This document shows, piece after piece, positions 52,801-64,000 of a stretch of DNA of 64,000 nucleotides (the first letter of the stretch is position 1; each line of letters begins with the position of its first letter). The DNA is taken from the NCBI GenBank assembly GCA_040954595.2, contig CM082578.2, forward strand, positions 12,152,520 through 12,216,519, read 5' to 3'. Both the position numbers and the translations under genes were made by a program. Under the pieces are notes generated by a model that was not told the origin of the DNA, did not search any database, and saw only the letters and a list, made by a program, of their open reading frames with translations. This DNA comes from Balanoglossus misakiensis (Eukaryota; Animalia; Hemichordata).

Positions 52801-53761
52801 ATGTCTGCACATGACTGGCATCTCCCAGCATCTTCTTGCAGAGAGAGAGATACCGGCTGTGCATACAGTGACCGTTGCAGTCACAGTTCAGGTGAGAGAG
52901 CGCCGAGGGAAGGCTCAGGCGCGTCCTGGGCATGTCGAACTCCCTGACCAGCCGGCCGTCCTTGTTGTCCAGAATGGCGTCCTGGCAAGCGCTGGCGCAT
53001 CTTCCCATCAGGCTCTTCCCTTTGATGCTGAGGAGGTTGGAATTGGAGAGGTCGAGCGAGGCCCTCAGCGGGCAAGTCTTCTTCCGCGGCCAGCTGTTGT
53101 GGCCGCTCAGGCTGGACTCGGCCAGACGGCACGAGCAGCAGGCCGGACAGTGGCAGCTCTCTCCGTTCGCAGCGGCGGCACCTTCGTCGCTCCTTTTTTT
53201 GCTGCCGGGGGAACCCGACGAGCTTGATATGCATGATGAGTCCCTCTCGCTGGGCGAGCTGTCCTCTCTGTCGGTCGCCAAGGTGACGGCTTTTGCGCGC
53301 GTCCTCGCAAACTTCGGATTTTTACGGTTGTACGACATGGGCTCCAGCTGCCGAAACATGGCCTTGATCAGACTGGGCCTGATGCAGCTCTGGGAGTCGA
53401 CCTCGCTGTTGGGGTAGCACGGTTCGCACAGGGCGTTTGCTGCGATGTCGCCCTCGCTGGACGAGCTGCACTCGGACATCGGCCTCGACATTGCGGGCGA
53501 AAAGTTCGAAGCTGTCGAGGGTAGATCTTGGTCCACTTCCATGTTCTCCGGAAGCGCCGCGGCGCAGGCCTCCTCTCCCATGGCTGCACCTTCCGACGAC
53601 TGGCTGTAGCGACTTGCCCGTCCCCGCCTGGTCAACCACGCAACCTTCTCCCATACGCGAGATCTTCCTTTGGCTCGCTTCGTCGGGGGCTTGGCACCGT
53701 CCGAATCACTCCCACCTCCACTGGCATAACCTGCACCGTCTACATTGTTGTGTGGTTCCAT
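49897..53761 (-). CDS. F-box/WD40 SCF substrate receptor, Met30/SconB-like (D-domain + F-box + ~7 WD40)
   Basis: Large first coding exon (53761-~52742) is Ser/Cys-rich. Then VLMEWFEEFDDQQKNIMLKKLL-SQCQLPQMHLLS (dimerisation-like), F-box DLLSWLPTQLSFYILSFLDPVSLCNCSQVSRSWNELANEPSIW, WKQVFAERYRLRRNWLKG, and WD repeats GHTQGISCVQFDD, GHTDTVRCLQVDD, GHQDAVTCLQFD; ends VKLWDFTSM*. An in-frame TGA lies just upstream of the ATG. Confidence 0.9.
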
Positions 53762-56324
53762 GTCTCAAGCAAAGCTCTTAGAGGAGAGAAGTGAACAGAA
53801 ACAGTCAGTTGATTCCGAAACGCAATATGGATGAACATACAGACCTGCTATTATGTATCTGTACAATACATGTGTATATGTATGAACTCTGTAAACATAC
53901 ACATACACACATATACATTTACATATTGACATACATGCATACAAGTCTATGTGTAACTAACATACCACATATACAAGTCTATGTGTAACATACCCAGCCA
54001 CATACATTGTACAAAATAAATGTTGTTCACACTTACCTATGTTTCTTTTCTTCCACATGCCATTACACTGTTTCAGGCAAATGATTGAAGAATAATAAGG
54101 GGATACTGCAGCTGTCAGTGACCTGTAAGAAAACTATTTGCAAAATTTTAAAAATCTTCAGGTTACCAATAGGACATAATCAGGAAATTGTGCAAATAAG
54201 AGTACGGTATTTTCTTAACTAGTATTAAATCATATAAAACACATCATTACCCAGCCAAGATATCTTCAATTATGAATGTGACCAATCACATGACATGCTA
54301 TTTCATATTGTTGAAATAGGTCGGTATGCAACGTATGTAGCAAACTAGAGACAGGTATGTGATAGTAATTATGCTAAAGAATGTCGATCATCAAATACCA
54401 CATCTTTTGGCAATCGCATTTATGATCATCATGATCAATTCATGTTTCTTTCATTTTCAATAATGGTCTTATTTTTGTTTGAATTAAAGGTTGGGTGAAC
54501 TTGATTTCAGTTATTGGTGATAACATGTACAACAAATTTAACCTTTGCCTATTGAAATATGGGGTAATAGGTGGATTTTAAGCCAACATCTAAATTTCGA
54601 AACATGGAGCTAAAATCGCGGCTAGTATTGATCATATGTGATAAACCATCTGATCAATGTTTAACATTTGCGATCCACTATTGCCTGCAGCGCGTCATGC
54701 GTCAGATAGCTATTCTGACCAGTACACTTTATCAGTAATACCCTCTCCTACACTTTTAGCACCGGTACTTTTGTGCTTCAATGATAGATAGTGTTGTTTC
54801 GCTAAACCCAAATAACTTACCTCTGCCAACGTGGCTATTGTCCCGAGCGCAGGAGTACAATGTGGCGCGATGAATAGATCATTCAGTCCAGTCACTCAGC
54901 GAAGGGTATGACGAAAACGTTATCGACGTCCCGATCATCCATATATATGCAGGAGACTCGACGTGTACACTAACATTCACTTCACTTGGCCTTGGGGCTA
55001 GCTCCCGTTTATCCGGATAAATATTCCACTATCCATCTAGTGCAGATATACAGAAGATCTAGTGTCTCGCCATTGACAGCATAAAAGCGAGCGCTGTAAA
55101 GACTGACGTACCTAAATCAATTTGATTTAGATATGTACGATCACAACATCAACATTTACATTATACTACAGAACCGGATGGCAGCTCTTGTCTCTGAGGT
55201 CAGGTGTGCTGGAGTGCGCCCTCATACGGTGACATACAATTATACAAACATTACCTCAAGCAAGTGTGGGTGGTATCAAGATCTTGGATTCCCCATGGGG
55301 GGAACTGTAGTTGGTTTGCAGTTGCTTGAAATTTAAAATGCATAGGCAACTGGGAAACATGTGAAGTGGGCGGAATTATAACCAGGAGTCAGTATTTCAA
55401 CCATTATCCAAGCATATTGTGCTTCTGAATCAATGGAATGCATATGACAATTTAATGCTCCCATTTACTAGTACATAATCGTTGTATGTTTTGTACATGG
55501 AGTAAATAAATACCATTTAATTCCTATTAAAAAGCCATTGGTCATTTCTTGTCTGCGCAATTTCTGAGCCATTTCCATTCAATTACTATAGCTCAGTCTG
55601 CATGTCTGTAATGACTGTTATTATTTGTGGATAAAATAAATTCCAGTCTGGGAAGTTATATCAGGCTTAGTGAGTCAAAAAGAGGGGAAGAAATGCACCG
55701 GACAGCACAACACAACAAAAACACAAACAAAGTAGACAAAAGTGACAGCCAATGGAGTCAATGACCCAGTCAAGTCAAAAGGTGCACATAAAATATTTTA
55801 ATAGGTGTAAAAGATCAGACATGTTTAAAAATCAGTCAACAAAGAGCAGTATACTTTTACGATTACATCAACAGCAAATTGCTTCTGAAAACAATGCCAT
55901 TATCACAAACTATGTCTGCAACAACATGACATCCCTGGGTAACTTCTAAAAGGATGGACGGGATAAAAAAAAACGACACCAAACTGGATAATATTTCCGG
56001 TGACTTGGTCACCATTCTCCAATCCTTGATTCATGTTAAAAAAACATCTTCTGCAACACACAAAGCAGGAGAGTATGATTTCAGAATGCAAGGTTTTTTG
56101 CTGCTGATTTGAGTTGACCACACACTTTTCAACATGTACTCATTTCGAAGCTATAGGCAGTCACATTTTACATATATTATAATATATTCATGTATGTACA
56201 GTGAAATGAGGTGATGGATTTGCCATTGTGAGCAACGTCTGGCGGGGTGATATCTCAGAAAAGCACCACAAATATACGTAAACTTAAAACATAATGTAAA
56301 AAAAAAACTCTTTCAATGGCAGTG

Positions 56325-56805
56325 TTAATAGCTATAGATTTTGATTTTATGAATGTCCTTGTCTTCGCATTCGCGAGCTTTGTTGTAGTAATAGAAATAT
56401 CCGTCCCGCCTTTGAAGCTTCTTGACGTATCCATTATGTGGCCAACGATCAGCCTATAGTGGGAGAGAAAAAATATGCAAGATCAGTAAAATTGATAGTA
56501 CATGTGTTGTCATTTCTTTTAAATTTAGATTTCTTCTTTGGATGTATATTACAAATCGTTTTTTGAAAATTGAGGGATATGATTTTGTTTGAAGAGGTGG
56601 TGAAAGTCTGTGTGTTTTCCTTGGGTGGATATCTGTCACCATGCATGTGTAATAGCAGTCTTACCGCTTTGCCCGTAAATGCTGTGTATTCATTTTCATC
56701 CCGGTAGCCAGCAATTTGAAACCTGTATGCTTCTTCCACTTCGTCCGACCACACCTTTGGACGAGTCATGGCTTTGGGTTGTGGTAGAACAGCTGCAGCA
56801 CTCAT
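56325..56805 (-). CDS. MEIG1: Meiosis/spermiogenesis-associated protein MEIG1 (89 aa)
   Basis: Two exons, 56805-56665 and 56453-56325: [40 protein letters not shown]...[42 protein letters not shown]. Confidence 0.93.
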
Positions 56806-57509
56806 GATTCAAGTCTTTAAATGAAAAAAGGGTATGCGTTATTATAATATTACAAAGGGTGCACACTTGGTTGAATCGCACAAAGATCTTCTTGTGCTAT
56901 GGGTTAAAAGAAATCAACAATTGGATCTTAGGAAACGGTATACATATCAGAGAATATGCAACCTGACTTTTGTCTGTCCAAAATTGCTTGTTTTTTTTCT
57001 TTTTTAGCAGAAGGTCTTTGGTCCCAAATCTACTTATTCCAGTTCTAGTCTGGGACAATACCCCATTGATAGAGAGTCTATATATATTCCAACACTCTCT
57101 TGTCGTTATAAATGAAAAGTGCACATAAACGTTTTTAAAATCGTCATATGAAATCATTATACACAGAACAAAAATCACAGCCCAACCTGCGAGGTGGTCA
57201 CACGCACACAGGTCATATGCACGCGCAATCCACTCGAGGTGGATCTGTCTCCACGACAAACGTATGTACTTCGGTTACTTAAAACGTAATCATCACAACC
57301 GACGAAATGTGTGTTAAACGGCAACGACAGTATGTGGTGATCAAACATAAATCAAACAATTACTTCCGGGAATGCTTCTGCCAGAATACTCAAGAATTTG
57401 AATACAGAAAACCAAACCGGGGACTGTTCATTCATTTTCGACTACACAGCCCGCAGATTATCTCACACCATCGTGGTATCTGGTCGAAATCTCCGCGAAC
57501 TTCCACTTA

Positions 57510-58176
57510 CCTTTAAAGTTTACGAGGGACGTTTGACAGTGCAACGAGTTGAACGGTTCGCGTAATTTAAAATGAATAGAAGCCGGTGACGTTGGGACGG
57601 TTCGATCTGAAGTTGTTTTTGTTTGGCTGTTGCCTAGAAGCGAACTGTATTGTGGTTATTCTCGCACCTGATCTGAAACCGTTCAAATTATTTGTAGAGG
57701 GCGCTCTATCGCAGAAACTTGTCAGCAGTTGCAGGCTAGCACTACATGCACTATCCTAGTCACACAACTTGGTATTTGCCCTCAAATAATTAAGATATCA
57801 AAAAATCTTCAATCCAACCATGTTAAGTAATGTGGAAAATAAGCTTAATTAAAATATATGGAATTAGTCATACAAGTATATAAAGTAAACACGGGATGGG
57901 ATTGGTATAAATGTCTTCAACCAAGAGAAGGAAAACAACCAGTCGTTGAATTACATTCTTGATTGTATTTTTGTAAAATACCTGGTTTAGAGTAACATGC
58001 GCACCTTGAAGTTGCATTATACTTGTCGTAAACCAGGCCACTCAGCTGATCTGACTCCACTTTACTGACATGACACATGTGACAGTATGTATGACCCCCC
58101 CCCCCCTTCGTGCACGCGCAAAAACGAAAGCATAACGCGCGCATAATTTATTCAACTGAGGGCGTCATATACCATC
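57510..58176. promoter_or_regulatory. Head-to-head (bidirectional) promoter region of MEIG1 and the MBD gene
   Basis: MEIG1 non-coding exon donor at ~57510 (minus); MBD ATG at 58177; X-box-like gttgcctagaagc (57629-57641); Myb/CHR-like aaccgttcaaa (~57677-57687) and gaacggtt (~57552). Confidence 0.5.
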
Positions 58177-61100
58177 ATGGCGGACAGCCATGAGAATGCT
58201 GGTGGTGCAAGTGTGAGCAGGTACGGTACATCCATCAGTTTCTTTCAGTCGTTTCGTAACTGTCTCCTCACTACACATACAAGACTGATCGCGTGACTTG
58301 GACAGATTTAGAATCTTTACGTCGTACCCGTTCGATCGCACTCATAGAACCTAGTAACAGTGGGGGTGTTGTACAGACGTGAGACTGAGAGACATGTCGT
58401 TCCACACATTCGTGTTTCTCATCATACATGCCTTGTACGCTACGTACATAGACAGTGTTCCGTAGCGTATTAATGCAGTAATCACAGCTGTGCGTGCAAA
58501 CGGGAAGGATCGCCATATATATCATGGATCTACGCCACGAGAGGAAAGGGGACCGACCTTCTGATTTTCGTTTCATCGTGCGTTGATGTTTATTTGTTGT
58601 GATTTTATCTCAACTCGCGTGAAATCACCGTCCATGGTTAGGATATGGCGGTAAAACAACATCCATGAAATCTGACAGTCACATGATTTTGTGAAATCCA
58701 GTAAACGAAAAACATGTACCTGTCCATGAGTTCAAGTTATCAATGTCATTGAACTTTTTTTGACATGTTTTGGTTTGGAGCACAGACTTTCAGAATGGCT
58801 CATTAATTCTTGGATTGCCCTGTGCAGACTACTTGAGAATCTTGAAGGCCCATATGATAAGTGATTGAACCCTTGAATGCCATGTGTTGCTTTAAAATGA
58901 AGTATTTTACTTATTCTGTTTTTTCCCTTTTATATCCATATAGGTGTCTGACCGTCAGCCCATCATTTTACTCGTCACCGAACATATTTTGTAGAATTTC
59001 GCCGCTCTCCTTGCCATCTTCACAGTCTACAGATACAAAAAATTCGACATCGCCCAAAACTAGTCCCCAGGTGTCGCAGAAGATTTCTAAATTCCTAACG
59101 CCCACGCCCTTGGGCACTGGCAAACTTTCCTTGTTTCCGATCAGTCCGAAATTCCTGAAAAAGACGGTGCTGGAAAGCAAAAACACATGTGTAGGGGAGC
59201 AGACCAAGGAAAAGCCAAAGGACACTCGGTGTTATCTTGCAGGGATTTTTAGCGATCATGCGTACGCCAAGCCCATGGACTGCTCGGAACAGAGTGGCAA
59301 GTTGGTGAAAGGAAATAAACACAGTCACCAGGAAAAGAGTAAGAAAAACCATGATGGGGCTAAGAAGTCCAAGAAACACAGCAATCAGAACGGTGTCGAA
59401 CGTGAAGGGAATGATGTTGTAAAAGGCAAGAAAAGGAAAAAGTCTGAGAAAAAAGAGACGGAAGCGAGCCAGGATGGGAAAAAATCCAAGAAACGCAAGT
59501 CAAGGCAAGATTTGACAGACGGGGAATCCGAGGGGAAGAAGAGCAAGAAGATAAAGAAAGACAATGAGAAGGAAAAAGAAAAGGAAAGGAATAAAATCAA
59601 ACGTCCGAAGAAAGAAAAGACACTGCCAGAGAATAAGCACGTGCAAAAACAAAAGAAAAAACTGCCAAATGGTGAAAATGTAGAAAGAGACAAGAAAAAG
59701 ACAAAGAGGAAGAAAAAGGAGAGGACGCTTTCTGGGACTTTGAGTGAGAATGCCGGTGATGTAAGGAGTAAGGGAGAGGCAGGGGAAAGTCCTAGTAAAG
59801 ACAGTACTGTGAGTAGCCTGCAAGAGTCACCTTTGTTCGAAGATGACAGTTTGCCACCGGGTTGGAACCGGAGAGTGACGCAGCGACAGTCTGGTAGATC
59901 TGCCGGGAAGTACGATGTTTACATAATGAGGTCAGTTTTATTTTGTCTCGTGAAATACTTGTCAGTTTGACCCTCCTGGAAAAAAATCCACAAAACCTTG
60001 GTGTATTAAATTGACCTTGGCAGTCTAGACATACAGACATTACTGAGTAGCATCATGGGCATGGTGTGTAAATATTTTTGCAACATAGTTTCTGGTGTCG
60101 GCCAAAGATTTTGTCTACAAAGTTCTTATTTTGCATGTGTTAGTCCTCAAACAGTGCAGTTGAGGTGCGACTCCTATAGTCGGCATTTCAGTGTGTACTT
60201 GTAGAACACAGAACATCATCAGCATTCTCTCACACAAACACAAATATCACTGAATTTGGCAAGTTCATCTCACTCTTACTTAACAATTCTGTTTTGTGTC
60301 CTACAGCCCAGAGGGAAAGAAATTTAGATCAAGAGTGGAACTGGCGGCGCATTTTCTGAAAACCGGTTCAGACATGGCAGTGAATGACTTTGACTTCACT
60401 ATTCGCGGCAAAGCCAACAGCCCCGTGAGGTCAGCCAGGTCACCGTTGAAGAAGCCCAAGAAAGACGACTCGGAGGGTCCCGCCAAAGTGAAGAAGGTGA
60501 AACTTAAAAAACACAAAAAGTCGCCCACATCGGAGACACAGTGTACGCTCTGGAAACCGGGACACAAACTCGTTGTGAAAATGAAATTCTTAACGCCGAA
60601 AGAGAGGAGGAAAAGGGCACTGGAGAAATCGAAAATGTGCGATAGTTTCGATGGTAAGAGCAAAGGACCAAGTGCTAATAGAAAGCACAAGAATGATCAC
60701 ACTGGCAAGGGTCAAAGTTCAAGCCCAGTCAAAACCACTGGTGCCAGTGGAGGTAACAGTGTGGTGGTGAATCCCGCAGGCGAAAATGGCAATGTTGCCG
60801 CAGGTACGGAAAATGGCAATGTCACCAGTCTTCACAAGGGGCAAAAGACTCCTGAAAAGTACACCAAGATAATGAACTTGGACAGGACGGAAAAACTTGC
60901 GGACATGCCCGTTTTGTCAGTCGTAAAATCTCCGAGCAAAAGTCCCACATCAATGCACACGCCCAAATCATCACCTGTGAAGTCGCCGACCAAAAGCCCC
61001 ACATTGCCTCACATGTCCAAATCACCAATTACAAAGTCACCAAGCAAAAGCCCCACGTCACCACGCGTGTGCAGATCTCCAGTTTCAAATTCACCGACTA

Positions 61101-61297
61101 AGAGCCCCACGTCGCCGCGTGTGTTCAAATCACCAGTTAGGAATTCACCAGCCAAAAGTCCCACGTCACCCAGCAAGAGACGCAGAGACCTGTTCAGTGA
61201 GGCCCTGGGCCAAAGCGATACTCCTAAGAAGAAAAAGATGAAAGTACCTCACGATGAAACGACCAACGGAGAAGCAGCAGTCAGCAAAGGTCTTTAA
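58177..61297 (+). CDS. Methyl-CpG-binding domain protein of the MBD4/MeCP2 clade (no glycosylase exon in the window)
   Basis: Exons 58177-58220, 58944-59930, 60307-61297, joined by phase-2 GT-AG introns. MBD: [34 protein letters not shown]|[35 protein letters not shown], with Lys-rich flanks. Confidence 0.9.
60938..61171 (+). repeat. Coding minisatellite, 54-bp (18-aa) unit x ~4.3
   Basis: Units start at 60938, 60992, 61046, 61100 and 61154: [18 protein letters not shown] / [18 protein letters not shown] / [18 protein letters not shown] / [18 protein letters not shown] / KSPTSP. Confidence 0.9.
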
Positions 61298-64000
61298 TCT
61301 TTTTTTTTCTTACGTTCTTCTACTGTACCCTGTTTTATTCAGACTTCTAACTTTGCTGCCAGAAATCATATTTTTACATGCAGGGTTTTTTTGCCGTCTT
61401 ATTTGTCTTCTGTGCATTTGAAAAAGTTGCAAAAGTACAGACTGTTATTTTTGTCACAATTTCGACATTTGACAACGGAGAAAAAAAATACAAAATAAGC
61501 ATTTACATTGCTATACATATACCAAATGTGGCCGGGAATATTTTAATGACCTATAGACCTATTATGTTATCAGTTGATGCAAAACTATGATTGGTTTGGT
61601 TGAAGAATGTCAGTGTTGGGCGTTCAGTACTATGTTTCATTCAAAGAAAACACATGATCATTATTCGACCCATCTTATGCGTGGTCTGAGCCGGATTACA
61701 CTGTTTGAAAGTGGCTGTGGAAACGAAAGAATTGTTAAAGTTTTTAATCCCATTATATGACGAGTCACACGACCTACATGCAGGTTTGCACTCTCTGGTT
61801 AATGCTCTGCACGGTACTATTGTAAAGTTAGTTACACTGAATTTGTAAATGTAAATATGCTGTTCAATATTTATTAGAGTTTCTACTCTCGTGTTATGTA
61901 ATTCTTAGTTATCGATTTAGTCTTACTTAGCAAGTTCACGTGTCCACCTGGATGCGGAATCTAGTTCATTTACAAAAACTCCAAACAAATCCATCTGTTC
62001 TGAAGATGAGACACACTGTTGCTGATTTGCTGCCTGGTGTGGGAGGTGCGCCCTCAGTGGCACACAAGTGAAGTGGGTACTGGACACCAATGACAAAGAG
62101 TGAAATACCTGTTGGTATTTTTATTTAGTGAGGGAATTGATTACAATCTAAACTTTAAACTTTTTAAAACAATATTGGAAAGCTGGTGCATTCCAGAAGT
62201 TCTGCCACATTTTTAACAAGCCTTCTCTTTAAGGTACAGTTTTTACCAAATTTTGGATTCTTCAGATTGAGGAGAGACATGTTGTCTCTTGTATTTAATG
62301 TGGATATTTTGCATCCATTGCATATATAGTCATGAATCGTTTTTTATCATTCAGATGTCTAATTCTTTTTCGATGTCAATTATAGACATAATGTCTAGTT
62401 GATTTCATGGCTTATAAATAAAAGTTAACTAGTTTTAGTAACATGCATTTTAACTGTTCTGTACAGAGAAAAAAATTGTTGTGAGGATATCTTGCCATTT
62501 TAATTATTAAAAAAATAAATCTGCTGATATATCAGCATTTTTTATGACCGGAGTCAGATTATATTCACATTGACATGAGAGTTGGTTGACTTATGAATAA
62601 TTGTGATCGTTTTTATGAAATCTTCCAAATTTTTAGCTGTTCAAAATGGTTAACTGTTTTTGTTTCTAAGCCTGAGGACTATTGCCCTACCCCTGTCAAA
62701 CTTTCAACATGGTACCTTTGTATTTGGCATTTAAACTGAGTGATTATTCCGTTTCACACAAATTCATCTTTGTATCTGTCAATCCTTACACTGCCAACTG
62801 TTAGAGCGGATAGAAACTAGCAACTGAGCCGCTTGTTGAACCAACTACTTAATGGTTACATGTTCACAAATTTTCTGGACATGATCATTCATTACAGTCA
62901 GTTACATGCTTCTGAAAATGCAATATGTACCAGGGTATGTAATGTTTTATACTTCATTAATTACGAAAAGGACCAAGTTTTGTATTTTGATAATCAAGGT
63001 CATTGTAAACAAAAAAGAACATAAAAGTGAATAAGTTAAGTTTGAGAAGAACGAAAATGCCTTATCAGTGCAATGAACCAAGTTCAGCAATGAGCAACCA
63101 TCAAACACTCAGCGAAAGTTTCAGTCCTGTCCAAGTTCAACAGGAAATGGATGAACGACGACATAAGCTAAGACGTCTTTGTCAGAAAAAATAAAGAGAT
63201 GATTGTTACGATTTACATTACATCAACTATGTGATGTAATTTATTATTATTTCAAGAAAGGAAAATTAGTTATTTGGGCTTTGTTGCAAGCCATACAAAC
63301 ACATTGTATGTTTCTCATAATTTATAACTAGAAGAAAATCTGTGGTTTTAATAGTTCAATGCCTACTTTTTGCAGGTAGAGATTTTTTAAAGAATGATTC
63401 CATTGTTGGTAAATTTTAAAGAGATGTTATTAATTAAAAAATGTTGGATGTCAGCTTTAAATCGTCAAAGGAGAACTACCGTTTTGCAAAATTTGACCAC
63501 AGGAACCTGAACAGTCTCAGTGAGTCAAGAATATCTCACAAAACAGGAACCTCACAACTGCTGAGGAAAAAGTGTTCATTTTGAAATGTATGTTTCTGAC
63601 AATTTTCAGCTTTTGATGATATTTATTGCTGTATGACAATGTTCTTACACTGTTCATCACCTGTACAATCTGCTCACCCCTCTTTCTCAAATGATATGAT
63701 TTTCTAACCACACAAAGCAGTGGAGAAACACTGCATCATGTTGGAGAGAGGTTTTTTTGCATGTCTATACTGCAACAAACTTTAAGCTGCCAGCATGCCA
63801 TTTACAATGTTATGGTGATAAATATTTAGTTTTTTTCTCTGTGTTCTGAAACGTGAAAATTGAAAGAGAATCAATGTGTCTCTATAATCGTTTGATTCAT
63901 CACAGGTGATTTTAATGTTGTGGCTTTAAAAAATGTGAGTTTCTGTACCAATTTAGCAGTACCAATTGTATATAAATTTCTTTTCCATCTTTCATAATAT

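Noticed and set aside
52751-53794. Multiple alternative-frame ORFs over the F-box first coding exon
   Set aside because: Explained by high GC content; only the 53761 frame splices into the F-box exons.
58030-58110. Segment ending in a C run upstream of the MBD ATG, possibly a dispersed repeat
   Set aside because: Only one copy in the window and no TIR or TSD, so it cannot be supported without a genome search.
61298-64000. Search for MBD4 glycosylase exons
   Set aside because: No WKLLIATIFLN-like or HhH motif was found in the ORF track or after candidate acceptors; the region looks like UTR or intron.

Overview
Gene-dense, intron-containing DNA from an invertebrate metazoan; the species cannot be fixed from the sequence. 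I reconstructed eight spliced protein-coding genes by hand from GT-AG boundaries: a divergent DYRK/HIPK-like CMGC kinase (-, runs off the left edge), RAD54L2/ARIP4 (+), a 3xCUB-LDLa-TM receptor (+), IFT122 (-), Rap1 (-), a Met30/SconB-like F-box/WD40 protein (-), MEIG1 (-) and an MBD4/MeCP2-type methyl-CpG reader (+). The most interesting object is the MBD gene. It has a strongly MeCP2-like MBD, a MeCP2 'KLLVKM'-like motif, an HCF-binding motif and an 18-aa SP repeat, and it ends with no glycosylase exon in the window. It also lies divergently from IFT122, echoing the human MBD4-IFT122 pair. Other signals are a RAD54L2 exon born by tandem duplication, an activation-loop Tyr-to-Glu change and a broken splice donor in the kinase, uORFs on the F-box gene, a perfect HSE, RFX X-boxes and CTCF-like cores near gene borders. 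No rRNA, tRNA, CRISPR or autonomous transposon was recognised. All family assignments come from motif recognition, not database searches.
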